A stretch of DNA of 64,000 nt from an uncultured Chloroflexia bacterium (GCA_963713975.1 OY970218.1:1184001-1248000), one strand, 5' to 3'; positions 1 to 10,749 are shown, counted from the first letter of the stretch. The notes: a model not told the origin generated them from the sequence alone. Numbers and translations: made by a program.

Positions 1-1
1 G

Positions 2-127
2 CAGGGAGCTATCAGGCCCGTCATCGACCGCGCCTACCCGCTGGCGCGGATCGCGGAGGCCCACCGGTACGTCGAGGGTGGTCACAAGGTTGGGAACGTC
101 GTCATCACGCTGGGGCCCTCGACATGA
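2..127 (+). CDS. C-terminal end of MDR-family NAD(P)-dependent quinone oxidoreductase/alcohol dehydrogenase (partial at window edge)
   Basis: Frame 2 reads QGAIRPVIDRAYPLARIAEAHRYVEGGHKVGNVVITL*, the typical MDR C-terminus. The stop overlaps the next ATG (ATGA). Confidence 0.8.
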   Translation, partial: QGAIRPVIDRAYPLARIAEAHRYVEGGHKVGNVVITLGPST

Positions 128-680
128 AGGCGTGGATGCGGGAGCAGTACGGCCCGTCGGACGAGCTCGAGCTCAGGGACGTGCCCAAGCCCGCCATCGG
201 CGATGACGGGGTGCTGGTCCTCGTCCGCGCTTCGTCCCTGAACCAGGCGGATCTCGACTACCTCTACGGTCGGCCATTCCTCACCCGCCTGGGCACGGGG
301 CTTCGCCGGCCCAGGAACCGTGCCTTCGGGCTGGACGTGGCGGGGCAAGTCGAGGCGGTCGGCAGCGGAGTGACCGCCTCCCGGCCGGGCGATGAGGTGT
401 TCGGGGACCTCACGCAGTTCGGATACGGCGCCTTTGCCGAGTTCGCAGGTGCGCCGGAGCGAGCCTGGGCGCACAAGCCGGCGCCCGTGACGTTCGAGGA
501 GGCCGCGACCGTCCCGCAGGCGGCCGTCCTCGCCCTGCAGGGGTTCCAGGGCTCATCGAGACCGGCAGGATCAAGCCGGTCATCGACAGAATATTCCCCC
601 TGCACGAGGTCCCCCAGGCACTGCGGTATCTCGAGGAGAAGCGCGCCGTCGGGAAGATCGTCGTGACTGTGTCACCGTGA
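124..680 (+). pseudogene. MDR-family oxidoreductase with internal deletion and frameshift
   Basis: The N-terminal GroES domain (GLDVAGQVEAVG, GAFAEFA, TFEEAATVP) jumps at about 545 to the C-terminal IKPVIDRIFPL..GKIVV* in another frame. The Rossmann domain is absent. Confidence 0.75.
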
Positions 681-707
681 TATCCGGCGAAGCGGACGAG
701 AACACCA

Positions 708-1450
708 TGCAGGCGATGGCTGATGCCGGGGACAGCTCCATGGGCGGAACACCTCCAACCGTGGCGGACCATCCACCCGCCGCGCGCCGCTGGCTCGAGG
801 CAGCGATCCCCTCGGCCCCGGTCCCGATCGACCATGATCCCGGCCCAACCCGACTCCGCGTCCGGGGCTCGATCTGTCGTTCCCCCGGCGGGAGCTGGAT
901 GGACTGGGAAGGGCACCATTCGATCGAAGCCGACGGGCTCGGCTTTCGGTGGCAAGCCAGGCTGCGGTTGGCGCGGTGGGCATGGGTCGACGCCGAGGAC
1001 CGGCTCGATGTCGGGGGCGGATACGGTGGCGCGCGACTTTTTGGCGTCATTCCGGTTGGGTCTGCCCGAGGGCCCGAGGTGACGCGGTCGCAGGTCGTCC
1101 GCAATCTCGCGGAACTTGCGTTCGCTCCACTCGCCGCGTCGCGAGCACGAGGGATCGTCTGGGTCGCGGACGGCGACGACGCCTTCACACTCGCGGCTCC
1201 TGGGATCGACGCCGCCGCGATCGTCCGAGTCACCATCGATGAAGCTGGCGACGTTCGATCGGCCCGGTCGCCGGATCGGCCTCGAGAACACGGACGAGCC
1301 GGATACCTGCATGAGCCATACCGACTCGAATTTGGCCGCCACGAACGCCGATCGTCGGGCGAACGGATCCCGCTCCGCGCCTCGGGCACCTTCGAGACTG
1401 CCAACGGGGACTGGCCCTACTGGCGGTTCGAGGTGCTCGACGCGTTGTGA
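708..1450 (+). CDS. DUF6544/DUF6920-like protein
   Basis: Motifs FRWQAR, RLFGVIPV, LAELAFAP and IPLRASGTF..YWRFEV. Start uncertain (677/708/741). Confidence 0.6.
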
Positions 1451-1522
1451 TCGGTCGCTCGCGTCCAGCTTGCTCGAAAGGCCGAGCCCGGACGGCACCC
1501 ACCCTCGATCGAGGCGATCGCG

Positions 1523-2179
1523 TCAACCCGGACCGCGAAGGTGCGCGAGGACCGCGAGCACGCGACGGTGGTCGTCGGCGGCGGGTTCCAGCTCGAGCTT
1601 CGAGAAGATGTTGGCAATATGGGCCTCAACCGTCTTCCGCGCCATCCCGAGGCGATCGCCGATCGCCTGGTTCGATCGACCCTCGGCCATCAGCGCCAGG
1701 ACGGCGCGCTCCCGCTCGGTGAGGTCATCCAGCGGGACGCGCGAGCGGCGACCGACCAGTACCGCGACAACCGCCGGGTCGATGACCGAACCTCCCTTGG
1801 CGATCCGCCTGATTGCGTCTGCGAGGTCGTCGATGTCTGACACGCGGTCCTTGAGCAGATATCCGACGCCTCCGGCGCCATCGCTCATCAGGCGAAGCGC
1901 AAACGATGGCTCCACGTGCTGCGAGAGCACCAGGATGCCGACAGCCGTTCCATGCTCCGCGCGGATCGCTTGCGCGGCCCGCAACCCCTCGTCGGTGTGG
2001 GTCGGGGGCATCCGGATATCGACGATCGCCACGTCCGGGAGCAGCTCTCGGGTGGCCTTTAGGAGCGCATCGGCGTCGCCGACCTGCGCGACCACCTCGA
2101 AACCGACATCACCGAGCAGGCGTGCGACCCCCTGGCGGACAAGCACCGTGTCGTCGGCAAGGACGAGCCGCAGCGTCAT
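1523..2179 (-). CDS. NarL/LuxR-family DNA-binding response regulator
   Basis: REC domain (LADD, DIRMP, YLLK) plus LuxR HTH (LTERERAVLALMAEGRSNQAI). Confidence 0.95.
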   Translation of the reverse strand: MTLRLVLADDTVLVRQGVARLLGDVGFEVVAQVGDADALLKATRELLPDVAIVDIRMPPTHTDEGLRAAQAIRAEHGTAVGILVLSQHVEPSFALRLMSDGAGGVGYLLKDRVSDIDDLADAIRRIAKGGSVIDPAVVAVLVGRRSRVPLDDLTERERAVLALMAEGRSNQAIGDRLGMARKTVEAHIANIFSKLELEPAADDHRRVLAVLAHLRGPG

Positions 2180-2532
2180 CCCCGCTCCACCAGCGCCTGG
2201 ATCCTGGCCCCGGAGACCTGCTCCTTGGGAATGAATCCCAGGCAGTCGCTGGTCCTCAGCCGGCGCCCATACGCACGCGCATCGCGGCTCGACGTCAGCA
2301 CGACGAGCGGAGGCGGTCCGTCGACCGCCAGCTCGCGCGCCACCGAGAACCCCTCGACATCGGGCAGTCCGATGTCGAGGAGGACGAAGTCCGGCCGGAG
2401 TGATCGGGCAGCGGCCAGTCCCGATGCCCCGTCAACGGCCTCGCCGACAACGACGAAGCCATCCGCCTCGAGGAGCTCACGCGCCTGCATGCGGAACCGC
2501 GCGTCGTCGTCGACGATCAGGATCGTGCTCAT
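2176..2532 (-). CDS. Single-domain response regulator
   Basis: ILIVDDD, LLDIGLPD, TS and FIPK motifs. Confidence 0.9.
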   Translation of the reverse strand: MSTILIVDDDARFRMQARELLEADGFVVVGEAVDGASGLAAARSLRPDFVLLDIGLPDVEGFSVARELAVDGPPPLVVLTSSRDARAYGRRLRTSDCLGFIPKEQVSGARIQALVERG

Positions 2533-2574
2533 GGGGCCATCGTGCCATGTGGGCGAGCCGTCCTCCTACAGGGT

Positions 2575-4344
2575 TCACACGGGGCCCGGCATAGGTTGAT
2601 TGGTCGGGATCTGCGCCGAGATTCGTGTCCCGCCACCAACCGGGCTCACGACCGTGATCGTCCCGTCGAGCGCTGCGAGTCGGTCGGCGAGACCACGCAG
2701 GCCACTGCCGGAGCGAGGGTCGGCGCCGCCAATCCCGTTGTCGTCGACCTCGATGGTCAGGTGATCGTCGAGTCCCGTCACGCGCACCGTCGCCTTGCTG
2801 GCATTTGCGTACTTGGTCACGTTCGCGAGGGCCTCAGAGATGACGAAGTACGCGGCCCCCTCGACGGCCGGCGCGTAGCGCTCCGGGCCGACGTCGACGG
2901 CAACGTCGACCGAGGTTCGATCGGCGAGGGACTCCACGGCGGCGCCCAGCCCGCTCTCGGTGAGGATCAGGGGATGGATCCCGAGCGCCAGGTCGCGGAG
3001 CTCGGCGAGCGCTTCCAGGGCTTCTTGTGCCGCTCGATCCAAGCTGCGTCGGATGGCCGGATCGCCATCATCGCCAAGAGCGCGTCGCGCGACCTGCAAC
3101 TCGAGGCTGAGCGAGACGAGCCGTTGCTGGGCGCCGTCATGGAGGTCTCGCTCCACACGCCGGCGCTCGACGTCTCCGGCCTCGACGATCCGTGCGCGCG
3201 AGGCGCGGACCTCCTGGAGTCGTGCTTCGACCTCGGCAGTAAGCCGATCGTTCTCGACGGCCAGCCGCATGGCGCTCGCAACCGACGCGATCAGCCCCGG
3301 TTCCTCGAGGAGCGCCGCGTCGTGGATGATCGCGGCCTCGGTGACGCCGTCCCGCTCGAGCAGCGTCACTGCTTGGCCAGCGCCGTCTCCAGGTAGCTCG
3401 ACCATCCCGCCCCCCGCATCGACGAACGCATCCCGCGCTGGGTCCCACCACGCTACCTGGAGAGAGGGGTCACCGAGCGCGTTGGCGAGGGCATCCCGGA
3501 GCCGGGCCGGTGTCGGGGTCTGTCCCAGCTCGACGACGAGGTCCGCGACGCCGGCCCGGGCGAGCTGGGACCGGAGCATGACGCCGACGATGGCGATGGG
3601 AATCGCGATCTGCGCCGCGAGCACCAGGTTGTTCAGCTCCGGCACGGTGATGCCGAGGGGCTGGAGGATCCAGGATGCCGACGCGAGGAGGATGGCAGCG
3701 GCACCGACGAGGACCGGCGTCGTCTGGCGTCGGGCTGGTCCGCTCGACCGCAGCCAGCGGCGGCCAACGGACCCGACGAGCAGGACGGCGGCGAAGGCCA
3801 GCGAACTGCGCTGCACCGCGTCGATCACCTGGGCGGCGCGTTCATCCGGCGCGATGGCGAGGACGTTCAAGCCACCTTGGAGTTCGTAGAACAACAGCCA
3901 CAGGAACTCGAGCGGGACTGACACGAACAGGAAGATCGCGGCGATCGCACGGTCGACGCGTGAGGCGATGCGGCCACTCGGGAAGGACAGGAGGAAGATC
4001 GCGAAGGCGGCGGCAGAGAGGTCGGAGATCCAGAGGCCGGCGGTGAACAGGATCGGCTGCTGGATGAGCAGGAGGGACCGTCCGAGCAGCCATAGCCCCC
4101 CGAAGGCCACCATCAGGTAGCCGATACGGCTGCTGGGACGCCGTGCCCAGAGGAAGGTGCCGGAGGCGACGAACGACCAGCCGACCAGCACGGCGAGGAG
4201 CGCGCTGATCGTGAGCGGGCCGGGTTGTGTGCCGCCGACCAGCATCCATAGACCGAGCGTGACCGCGGTGATCAGCAGCAGGGCGCGCGCCCATGTGCGG
4301 CCTGACGACGGCAACGAAGAAGTCCTGCCCAATCGGGTCTCCAT
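2575..4344 (-). CDS. Membrane sensor histidine kinase (HisKA_3)
   Basis: Several TM helices, ERDLHDGAQQRL H-box, EALANVTKYA, DDNGIGG and GSGLRGL. Confidence 0.93.
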   Translation of the reverse strand: METRLGRTSSLPSSGRTWARALLLITAVTLGLWMLVGGTQPGPLTISALLAVLVGWSFVASGTFLWARRPSSRIGYLMVAFGGLWLLGRSLLLIQQPILFTAGLWISDLSAAAFAIFLLSFPSGRIASRVDRAIAAIFLFVSVPLEFLWLLFYELQGGLNVLAIAPDERAAQVIDAVQRSSLAFAAVLLVGSVGRRWLRSSGPARRQTTPVLVGAAAILLASASWILQPLGITVPELNNLVLAAQIAIPIAIVGVMLRSQLARAGVADLVVELGQTPTPARLRDALANALGDPSLQVAWWDPARDAFVDAGGGMVELPGDGAGQAVTLLERDGVTEAAIIHDAALLEEPGLIASVASAMRLAVENDRLTAEVEARLQEVRASRARIVEAGDVERRRVERDLHDGAQQRLVSLSLELQVARRALGDDGDPAIRRSLDRAAQEALEALAELRDLALGIHPLILTESGLGAAVESLADRTSVDVAVDVGPERYAPAVEGAAYFVISEALANVTKYANASKATVRVTGLDDHLTIEVDDNGIGGADPRSGSGLRGLADRLAALDGTITVVSPVGGGTRISAQIPTNQPMPGPV

Positions 4345-4549
4345 GCGCGTGCGGCATCGTCCCACAAGCGCGCGCCGGTGCAACCCCCGGAATCCGTGCA
4401 GGCCCTCTCTCCGTCCCCGTGCAAACACCCGCCGGAACGCTGGGTTGTCTCCGTTGGCCGGAGGTCCATGCGGCCCTACGGTCTCGGTGAGACACGAGCG
4501 GGCCATTTACCACAGCCCGATCGCTGCTCGCCTGTCCACGAGGGATGAG

Positions 4550-5878
4550 ATGACTGACAGATCGATGAAAGGCCCGGATCGCCCCACCGCCGGAGCGTTC
4601 GAGCAGCCAGCCGCAGGCACGCGGTCCCCGGTCCCCGGCATCATCGCGTCGCTCGCCGCCGGCGGAGTCCTTGCCGTTGCTCTCCTCCTCGGTCCCGTCG
4701 CTGGCGGGTCGGAACCCCTGGTCACCGGGTCGGTGCTGCTTGCTTTCGGGCTCGGCTGGGGCCTCATGGCCGTACTGACGACCCGCTTCAGCGCACAGCC
4801 GCAAACCTGGATGACTGTGCCCGCCATGTTTCTCGGCTCGATCGGGCTCGTCCTGATCGCGTTCCAGCCGGGTCCGGCGGCCATGGACCTCCTGAGCTGG
4901 ATCTGGCCGGTCGCCCTGGCCATCGTGGCGATCTGGATGGTTGTGCAGGTCCGCCGTCATCTCGGTGGTCGCGGCCGGTGGCTGGTGATCCCGATGATCG
5001 CGACGCTCCTCGTCTTCGCCGTCGGCGGCGCCATCGCGACCGTCAGCGCGGCCACCCGTTCGAGCGCCTCCGCACCATCCGGCCGGATGGTCGACGCGGG
5101 CGGTCGTAGCCTCTACCTCGAGTGCGCCGGTTCCGGGGGCCCGACCGTCATCCTCCAGGCGGGCCTCGGCGAGTCGTCCGCCTCCTGGGGACGCATCGCG
5201 CCGCAGGTGGCCGCGTCGACCACGGTCTGCGCCTACGATCGCGCGGGTCACGGACGCAGCGATGAGGCCGGGCCGCAGGACGGGATCGCCCTCGCCACTG
5301 ACCTGCACGGCTTGCTCGACAGCGCGGGCGTGACCGGACCGTTTGTCCTGGTCGGCCACTCCTCTGGCGGCGACTATGTGCGGGTCTTCGCCGCCCGCTA
5401 TCCCGACGAGGTCGCGGGCCTGGTCCTGCTCGACGCCCAGCCGGCGGATGCGTTCAGTGCACTGCCCGACTACCCCGCCTTCTATCAGAACTACCGACGC
5501 GTCGCGACGCTGTCGCCCTCGCTGGCTCGCATCGGACTCGTCGGGCCGATGCTCGGGCTACCCGCCGACCAGTCGACGCCGGCGGCGGCGCGCGGCGCGC
5601 GCGACGAGGTTCTCGCACTTCCTGCCGCCCTGCAGCAGGCGCAGGCGCTCACGAGTCTCGGCGACCGACCGCTCGTCGTGGTCACGGCCGGAACCGGCCA
5701 GCAGGCTGGCTGGCTCGAGGCGCAGAACAGGCTCCCGCACCTCTCGACGGACAGCGCCCACCGCGTCCTCGAGGCCGCCACGCACGCCTCGATCATCTCT
5801 GGCCCGGATGCCTCCACGTCCACGCAGGCGATCCTGGATGTCGTGGCGTCCATCCAGTCCGGGACGGCCCTCCGATGA
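4550..5878 (+). CDS. Membrane-anchored alpha/beta hydrolase
   Basis: N-terminal TM helices, YDRAGHGRS, and nucleophile elbow GHSSGG. Confidence 0.88.
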   Translation: MTDRSMKGPDRPTAGAFEQPAAGTRSPVPGIIASLAAGGVLAVALLLGPVAGGSEPLVTGSVLLAFGLGWGLMAVLTTRFSAQPQTWMTVPAMFLGSIGLVLIAFQPGPAAMDLLSWIWPVALAIVAIWMVVQVRRHLGGRGRWLVIPMIATLLVFAVGGAIATVSAATRSSASAPSGRMVDAGGRSLYLECAGSGGPTVILQAGLGESSASWGRIAPQVAASTTVCAYDRAGHGRSDEAGPQDGIALATDLHGLLDSAGVTGPFVLVGHSSGGDYVRVFAARYPDEVAGLVLLDAQPADAFSALPDYPAFYQNYRRVATLSPSLARIGLVGPMLGLPADQSTPAAARGARDEVLALPAALQQAQALTSLGDRPLVVVTAGTGQQAGWLEAQNRLPHLSTDSAHRVLEAATHASIISGPDASTSTQAILDVVASIQSGTALR

Positions 5879-6738
5879 GCGCCCGGTCCGATGCGCTCCT
5901 GAGTCGCATGGGTCGGCCGATCCCGGCGATCGCGATCGGCGGCCGCCTGACGCGCGCGGTCGTGGCCTCGCTCGTGGTTGGCGGCTACACGGCCCTCGGC
6001 GCCACGTTCAGGCTCAGCGCCGAGGGGTACCTGCTTCTGGGCATCCCGATCACCATAGCCTTCCAGGCACTGGTCGTCCGCCGCCCGCTCCGGGCGCTGT
6101 GGCTTCGCAATGCCGCACCTCTTGCGCTCACGCCACGATCGATTCTGGCGATCGTCGCCGTCGCGATCGCCCCGGCCGCGATCGCCGTCCGAGGCGCGCA
6201 GCAGGGTGACCCGGTCCTGACCGCCTACGGGGTCGCCGCGATGTTCGGCGCGGTCGGAGCTGTCTACGCCATCCGTGCGATGAGCCGCGACGCAGCACGC
6301 GCGAGCGCTCAGGCATCCCTGGTCAACGGCGCCATCCTCGCAGGCGTCATGGTCGCCTTCCGGCTCGCCACGGGTGGGTTCCACGGGAGTCTTGGCGAGG
6401 CGGTCGTCACGGCCGTCATCTCCGTCGCCACCTACCTGCCCGTCGTCTTCGTCATGGAGGAGGTCTTCTTCCGCGGGCTCCTCGATCCCTACCTGCACGG
6501 CTTCACGCCCGGACGCGATCGCGCCTCGGCCCTGTACGGATCGGCCCTCTGGGGGCTATGGCACCTGCCGGTGATGTCCCTCGACCTCGGGCCCCTCACG
6601 ATCCCGTACCTCGTGGCCATCCACACCGCGATGGGCTACGTCCTCGTTACCGCGTGGCGGCGGACGGGGAACCTCGCCGCTCCGGGCATCGCACACGCCG
6701 TGGCCGACGCCTTGAGAAACGCGGTGGCGGTCCTGTAG
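5875..6738 (+). CDS. CPBP (CAAX/Abi) intramembrane glutamic endopeptidase
   Basis: EEVFFRG, WGLWH and HAVAD motifs in a polytopic membrane protein. Confidence 0.88.
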   Translation: MSARSDALLSRMGRPIPAIAIGGRLTRAVVASLVVGGYTALGATFRLSAEGYLLLGIPITIAFQALVVRRPLRALWLRNAAPLALTPRSILAIVAVAIAPAAIAVRGAQQGDPVLTAYGVAAMFGAVGAVYAIRAMSRDAARASAQASLVNGAILAGVMVAFRLATGGFHGSLGEAVVTAVISVATYLPVVFVMEEVFFRGLLDPYLHGFTPGRDRASALYGSALWGLWHLPVMSLDLGPLTIPYLVAIHTAMGYVLVTAWRRTGNLAAPGIAHAVADALRNAVAVL

Positions 6739-6783
6739 CTGACCACAACGGACCGGTGGTCCTGCCTCGCGGCTGCACCGAGA

Positions 6784-8490
6784 TCAGTCGTCCAAGTGGT
6801 GCTCGAGGTATTCGTGGACGTAGCGGACCGCGACGGAGCCTTCCCCGACGGCCGAGGCGATCCTCTTCGTGGACCCGGCCCGGGCGTCACCGACGGCGAA
6901 GACCCCGGCCATACTTGTCCGGAGTGGTGATCCTTGGAGGCCCGGAAGGTACTCGCTCGCATCGCCCGTGAGCACGAACCCGCTCTCATCACGCCGGATG
7001 TCCGGCGGCAGCCAGTCCGTTCGCGGCGTCGCCCCGATCAGGATGAAGGCTGCCGCCACCAGGCGCTCGGTGGTCTGTCCGGTCAACGCGTCCCGCAGCG
7101 TCACCGCGGCGAGCCGGTGCTCGCCAAGGGCGTCGACAACCTCCGTGTTGGTGACGACGACCACCTTGCCGGAGGCTTCGATCTCGCGGACCAGGTACTC
7201 CGACATCGTCTCCTTGATCGATGGGCCGCGGACCACGAGCGTTACAGTCCGGGCGAATCGACACAGATGGACCGCGGCCTGCCCCGCCGAGTTGGCGCCG
7301 CCCACAACGATCACGTCCTCGTCGCGCATCGCCGGCGCCTCGGATGTCGCGGCCCCGTAGTACACGCCACGGCCCACGAGGCGCTCGAGCCGGGCGACTC
7401 CGAGGCGACGGTACTCGACACCGGTCGCCAGGATCACGGCGCGGCCCTGAACATCGGTCCCGTCATCGAGCGCAACGGCACGGTCGTCGCCGTCGGCTCG
7501 AAGGCCGACCGCCCGGCATCCGAAGAGGAACTTCGCGCCAAGGAAGTAGGCCTGACGGTAGGCGCGCGCCGCAAGGTCCTGACCGGAGATGCCGGAGGGG
7601 AACCCGAGGTAGTTGCGGATCAACGAGCTCGTTCCCGCCTGGCCACCATGGGTGTCGTGGTCGATGACCAGCACGTCGAGGCCCTCTGACGCGCCATACA
7701 CGGCCGCCGCGAGACCGGCAGGACCTGCCCCGACGATGATCAGGTCGCAGCGCGCGTCGGCCGGGCCGGCGTTCGCCCCGACAGCCATGGCAATGTCGGT
7801 GACGCTCGGCTGGACCAGGACCCGTCCGTCGTGGAAGACGGCGACCGGCAGGCCCGCGTTGGCGCTCGCCAGGCGGAGCAGGCGTTGGCCCACCGACGAG
7901 CCTGGTTCGTGGAACGCTGCCGGGATCGAGCTCCGCTCGAGCATGTCGCGGAGCGTGTGGGTCTCCGGCGACCATCGCTCGCCCACGACCTGGACGGCCT
8001 CGAAGCCAGAGTGTCGCCGTCGCGCCCAAAGGTCGAGCAGCTCGCTGATACCGCCGAAGAACGCCTCATCCGGGTCGGCCGTCGGTGCAACCACGAGCCT
8101 GTCGAACTGGCCCAGGACCGATGCTCGGACCAGGTCGCTCTTCGCCTCGGGGTCACGGCCCCATGCCTCCGCCCAGTCGACGAGCAAGCCCCTGCTGGCA
8201 CCCGGCGCCGTCACGAGCGCGTCGGCGAGGACCTCCCCCCCAGATGCGTCGGCGAGGCGACGGCCGACAATGACCAGGGCCGCGTCACGTCCGGCGGCCG
8301 TGAGCTCCGATAGCCGTGCCAGGCTTTCGGCACGAGTGGTGCATCCCAGGATCTCGTAGTCGCTGCCGAAGCGGCGCTGGAGCACGGCGCGTACCTCCGC
8401 GAGCCGTCCGGCATCAGCGAGGACGACCAGGAGCACCGGCGCCGACGGCTGGGAGTTGGTGTGGGCTGGGCTCCGCGGGTCGTCGTCCAT
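6784..8490 (-). CDS. Thioredoxin-reductase-like FAD oxidoreductase with degenerate N-terminal receiver domain
   Basis: GAGPAGL, SSLIRNYLGFP, GGANSAGQAA, GVFAVGD and ASAVGEG motifs. Confidence 0.9.
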   Translation of the reverse strand: MDDDPRSPAHTNSQPSAPVLLVVLADAGRLAEVRAVLQRRFGSDYEILGCTTRAESLARLSELTAAGRDAALVIVGRRLADASGGEVLADALVTAPGASRGLLVDWAEAWGRDPEAKSDLVRASVLGQFDRLVVAPTADPDEAFFGGISELLDLWARRRHSGFEAVQVVGERWSPETHTLRDMLERSSIPAAFHEPGSSVGQRLLRLASANAGLPVAVFHDGRVLVQPSVTDIAMAVGANAGPADARCDLIIVGAGPAGLAAAVYGASEGLDVLVIDHDTHGGQAGTSSLIRNYLGFPSGISGQDLAARAYRQAYFLGAKFLFGCRAVGLRADGDDRAVALDDGTDVQGRAVILATGVEYRRLGVARLERLVGRGVYYGAATSEAPAMRDEDVIVVGGANSAGQAAVHLCRFARTVTLVVRGPSIKETMSEYLVREIEASGKVVVVTNTEVVDALGEHRLAAVTLRDALTGQTTERLVAAAFILIGATPRTDWLPPDIRRDESGFVLTGDASEYLPGLQGSPLRTSMAGVFAVGDARAGSTKRIASAVGEGSVAVRYVHEYLEHHLDD

Positions 8491-8864
8491 GAGGCAACCC
8501 TACAAAGGGCCGTAGCTGGACAGCCGCCGCACGTTTCGTAGGACACACAATCGAGCAATGGCGATTGTGACGCCGTGTCTGGCGCCGGCTGGATCTAGGT
8601 GTCGATCGCGGCCGCCAGGGCATCGAACCAGGCGTCGAGCACTGCCGAGAATGCCGACCCAAGAACGCCCGTGTCCGGTCTCGGCAGGCCAGAGGGCTGC
8701 CGTATCGGCGCCATGTCGCGCATGTCAAGTGCGCGAAACGCGCGTTTGAAATGCGCGGCCGTGCTGCCGGCAGCTCGGCCCACGGAAGTCGGGCAGCGAG
8801 CGACTACCCGCACGTATCCCGATGTGTCGGGAAGTGCCACTCGACCGCGATGGGGATCTCTGCG

Positions 8865-9422
8865 TCAGGGCGCGCGCCGGTAGTGCATGGCGACCGCGCC
8901 GCAGCGAAGCGGCTTCGCGGAGACCAGCTCGAGCCGGCGCGTGCTCGCCAGCCCGCTCTGATACAGGGTCGGGCCGTGACCAGCGACCCTCGGGTGGACG
9001 AGGAATTTGTACTCGTCGATCAGATCCAGCCGGTCCAGCTCGGTCGCCAGCTTGCCGCTACCGAGGAGCACGCCGCCCGGGGTCTCGTCCTTGAGCTGCT
9101 GCACGCCCGTGCGCAGGTCGCCCGCGATGTGGTGGCTGTTGCTCCACGGGAAGTCCGTTCGCGTCGACGACACCACGTACTTCGGCTTGGCATCCAGCTT
9201 GACCGCCCACTCGCGCATCGCCGGCGGCGCCTCCTCGTCGCCCCGGGCGACCGCCGGCCAGTAGCTCTCCATCATCTCGTAGGTGACGCGGCCCCAGAGG
9301 ATCGCCCCGCCCTCGTCCATGAGGCGAGTGAAGTAGGCGTGTGTCTCGTCGTCGGCGATCCCCTCCTGGTGGTCGACGCAGCCGTCCAGGGTGACGTTGA
9401 TGCTGAAGGTCAGGAGTCCCAT
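8865..9422 (-). CDS. Dihydrofolate reductase family (RibD C-terminal) protein
   Basis: INVTLDG, GRVTYE, KYVVSST and LIDEY..HP..G.G motifs. Leaderless TAGACT-N6-ATG. Confidence 0.92.
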   Translation of the reverse strand: MGLLTFSINVTLDGCVDHQEGIADDETHAYFTRLMDEGGAILWGRVTYEMMESYWPAVARGDEEAPPAMREWAVKLDAKPKYVVSSTRTDFPWSNSHHIAGDLRTGVQQLKDETPGGVLLGSGKLATELDRLDLIDEYKFLVHPRVAGHGPTLYQSGLASTRRLELVSAKPLRCGAVAMHYRRAP

Positions 9423-9635
9423 GCGGCGAGTCTATCGGCCTTGGCGACTCGCCCTTCGAGCCGTGCGGTTCAATCGGGTCGGAGCGTCTGATCAGGGGTT
9501 CCCGGTACACTCCGCGCTGCGCCCAGACCGCTTCCGCCGCGCCTGTACGGATGGCGACGGATCCACGTCGACGAGGTCGGGCTCCGCAGGCCCCGAGTTG
9601 CCGCATCAGCCCATGGCACCCGACACGGAGGCATC

Positions 9636-10301
9636 ATGAAGCTGCTCCTCACATCCGGGGGCGTCACGAACACGAGCATTCATGACGCGCTGATCGACCT
9701 GCTCGGCAAGCCGATCGCCGAATCGACGGCGCTCCTCATCCCGACGGCGCAGTGGGGTCACCCGATGTGCGGACCCGCCTCGGTGCGGGGCTTCGTCACC
9801 GGCCTGCCCCCGTGGGGCGGCATGGCCTCCCTTGAGTGGAGGTCGCTCGGTCTCCTCGAGCTGACTGCCCTGCCCACGATCACCGCGGAGCGCTGGGTCC
9901 CTTGGGTCCGAGAGGCGGATGCGCTGCTCGTGGACGGCGGCGACGCGACCTATCTGTGCCACTGGATCCGAGAGTCCGGCCTCGCCGACCTGCTGCCGTC
10001 GCTGACCGACACCACCTGGGTCGGGGTGAGCGCCGGGAGCATGGCGATGACGCCGCGGATCGGTGACTTCTTCGTGGAGTGGCCGTCCGCGCCGAACGAC
10101 CGCACCCTCGGGATGGTCGACTTCTCGATCTTCCCGCACCTGGACGTCTTCCCGACGAACACCCTCGCGGCAGCGGAGCGCTGGGCCGCCGGCATCGACG
10201 GCCCCGCTTACGCCATCGACGACGAGACCGCCATCCGGGTTGTAAACGGCAGGGTCGACGTCGTTTCCGAGGGGACCTGGAAGCTACTCGGCTCCCGGTA
10301 G
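9636..10301 (+). CDS. Peptidase E (S51, type 1 glutamine amidotransferase-like)
   Basis: MKLLLTSGG, VDGGD, GVSAGS nucleophile, FPH and YAIDD motifs. Confidence 0.9.
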   Translation: MKLLLTSGGVTNTSIHDALIDLLGKPIAESTALLIPTAQWGHPMCGPASVRGFVTGLPPWGGMASLEWRSLGLLELTALPTITAERWVPWVREADALLVDGGDATYLCHWIRESGLADLLPSLTDTTWVGVSAGSMAMTPRIGDFFVEWPSAPNDRTLGMVDFSIFPHLDVFPTNTLAAAERWAAGIDGPAYAIDDETAIRVVNGRVDVVSEGTWKLLGSR

Positions 10302-10339
10302 TCCGCCGCTGCGGGGATGCCGTCGGCAAGGGGGACGAG

Positions 10340-10660
10340 ATGAGCGAGCAGGGCTGGCTGGCGTTCCTCGACGCCGAGGGTGTGGATGACTGGGTCAGAA
10401 CCGCCGACGAGATCCTCGCCAAGGCGGTGCGCAAGCGCCCAGCCACTTCCGAATCGGGGCACTAGGGCATCGAGCCGGAGCATGTCGGCCTCGCCCGGGC
10501 GGGGTCCCGGGCGGCGCGGTCACACGGCGCAGTCGCGGCCTGGAGTGAGGTGCAGGAGGTGCAGCTGGCGGTCGCCGCGAAGCCGGACGCCATCGACTTG
10601 GGTTTCTGGCGAGCCGGCCTCGACTACGCACCGATGCACGAGGACAACGCGATCGACCCG
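10340..10660 (+). pseudogene. Pterin-4a-carbinolamine dehydratase/VOC-family fusion remnant interrupted by an IS end
   Basis: N-terminus MSEQGWLAFLDAEGVDDW, then after the insertion VQEVQLAVAAKPDAIDLGFWRAGLDY..DNAIDP. Confidence 0.55.
10391..10465 (+). mobile_element. IS630-family transposase C-terminal/right-end remnant
   Basis: WVRTADEILAKAVRKRPATSESGH* ending in CACTAG, which resembles IS630 transposase C-termini and TA-ending termini. Confidence 0.6.
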
Positions 10661-10749
10661 CCCTCACGCCGACTCGCGGCGAGGCGACCGTCCCGGTCCC
10701 CAATGTCGAACTCGACCCTGACGAGGAGGCGCTGGACCTCGCAACGCAG

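Noticed and set aside
8595-8840. Short ORF between the reductase and RibD genes
   Set aside because: No recognisable motif or start signal; possibly a gene fragment.
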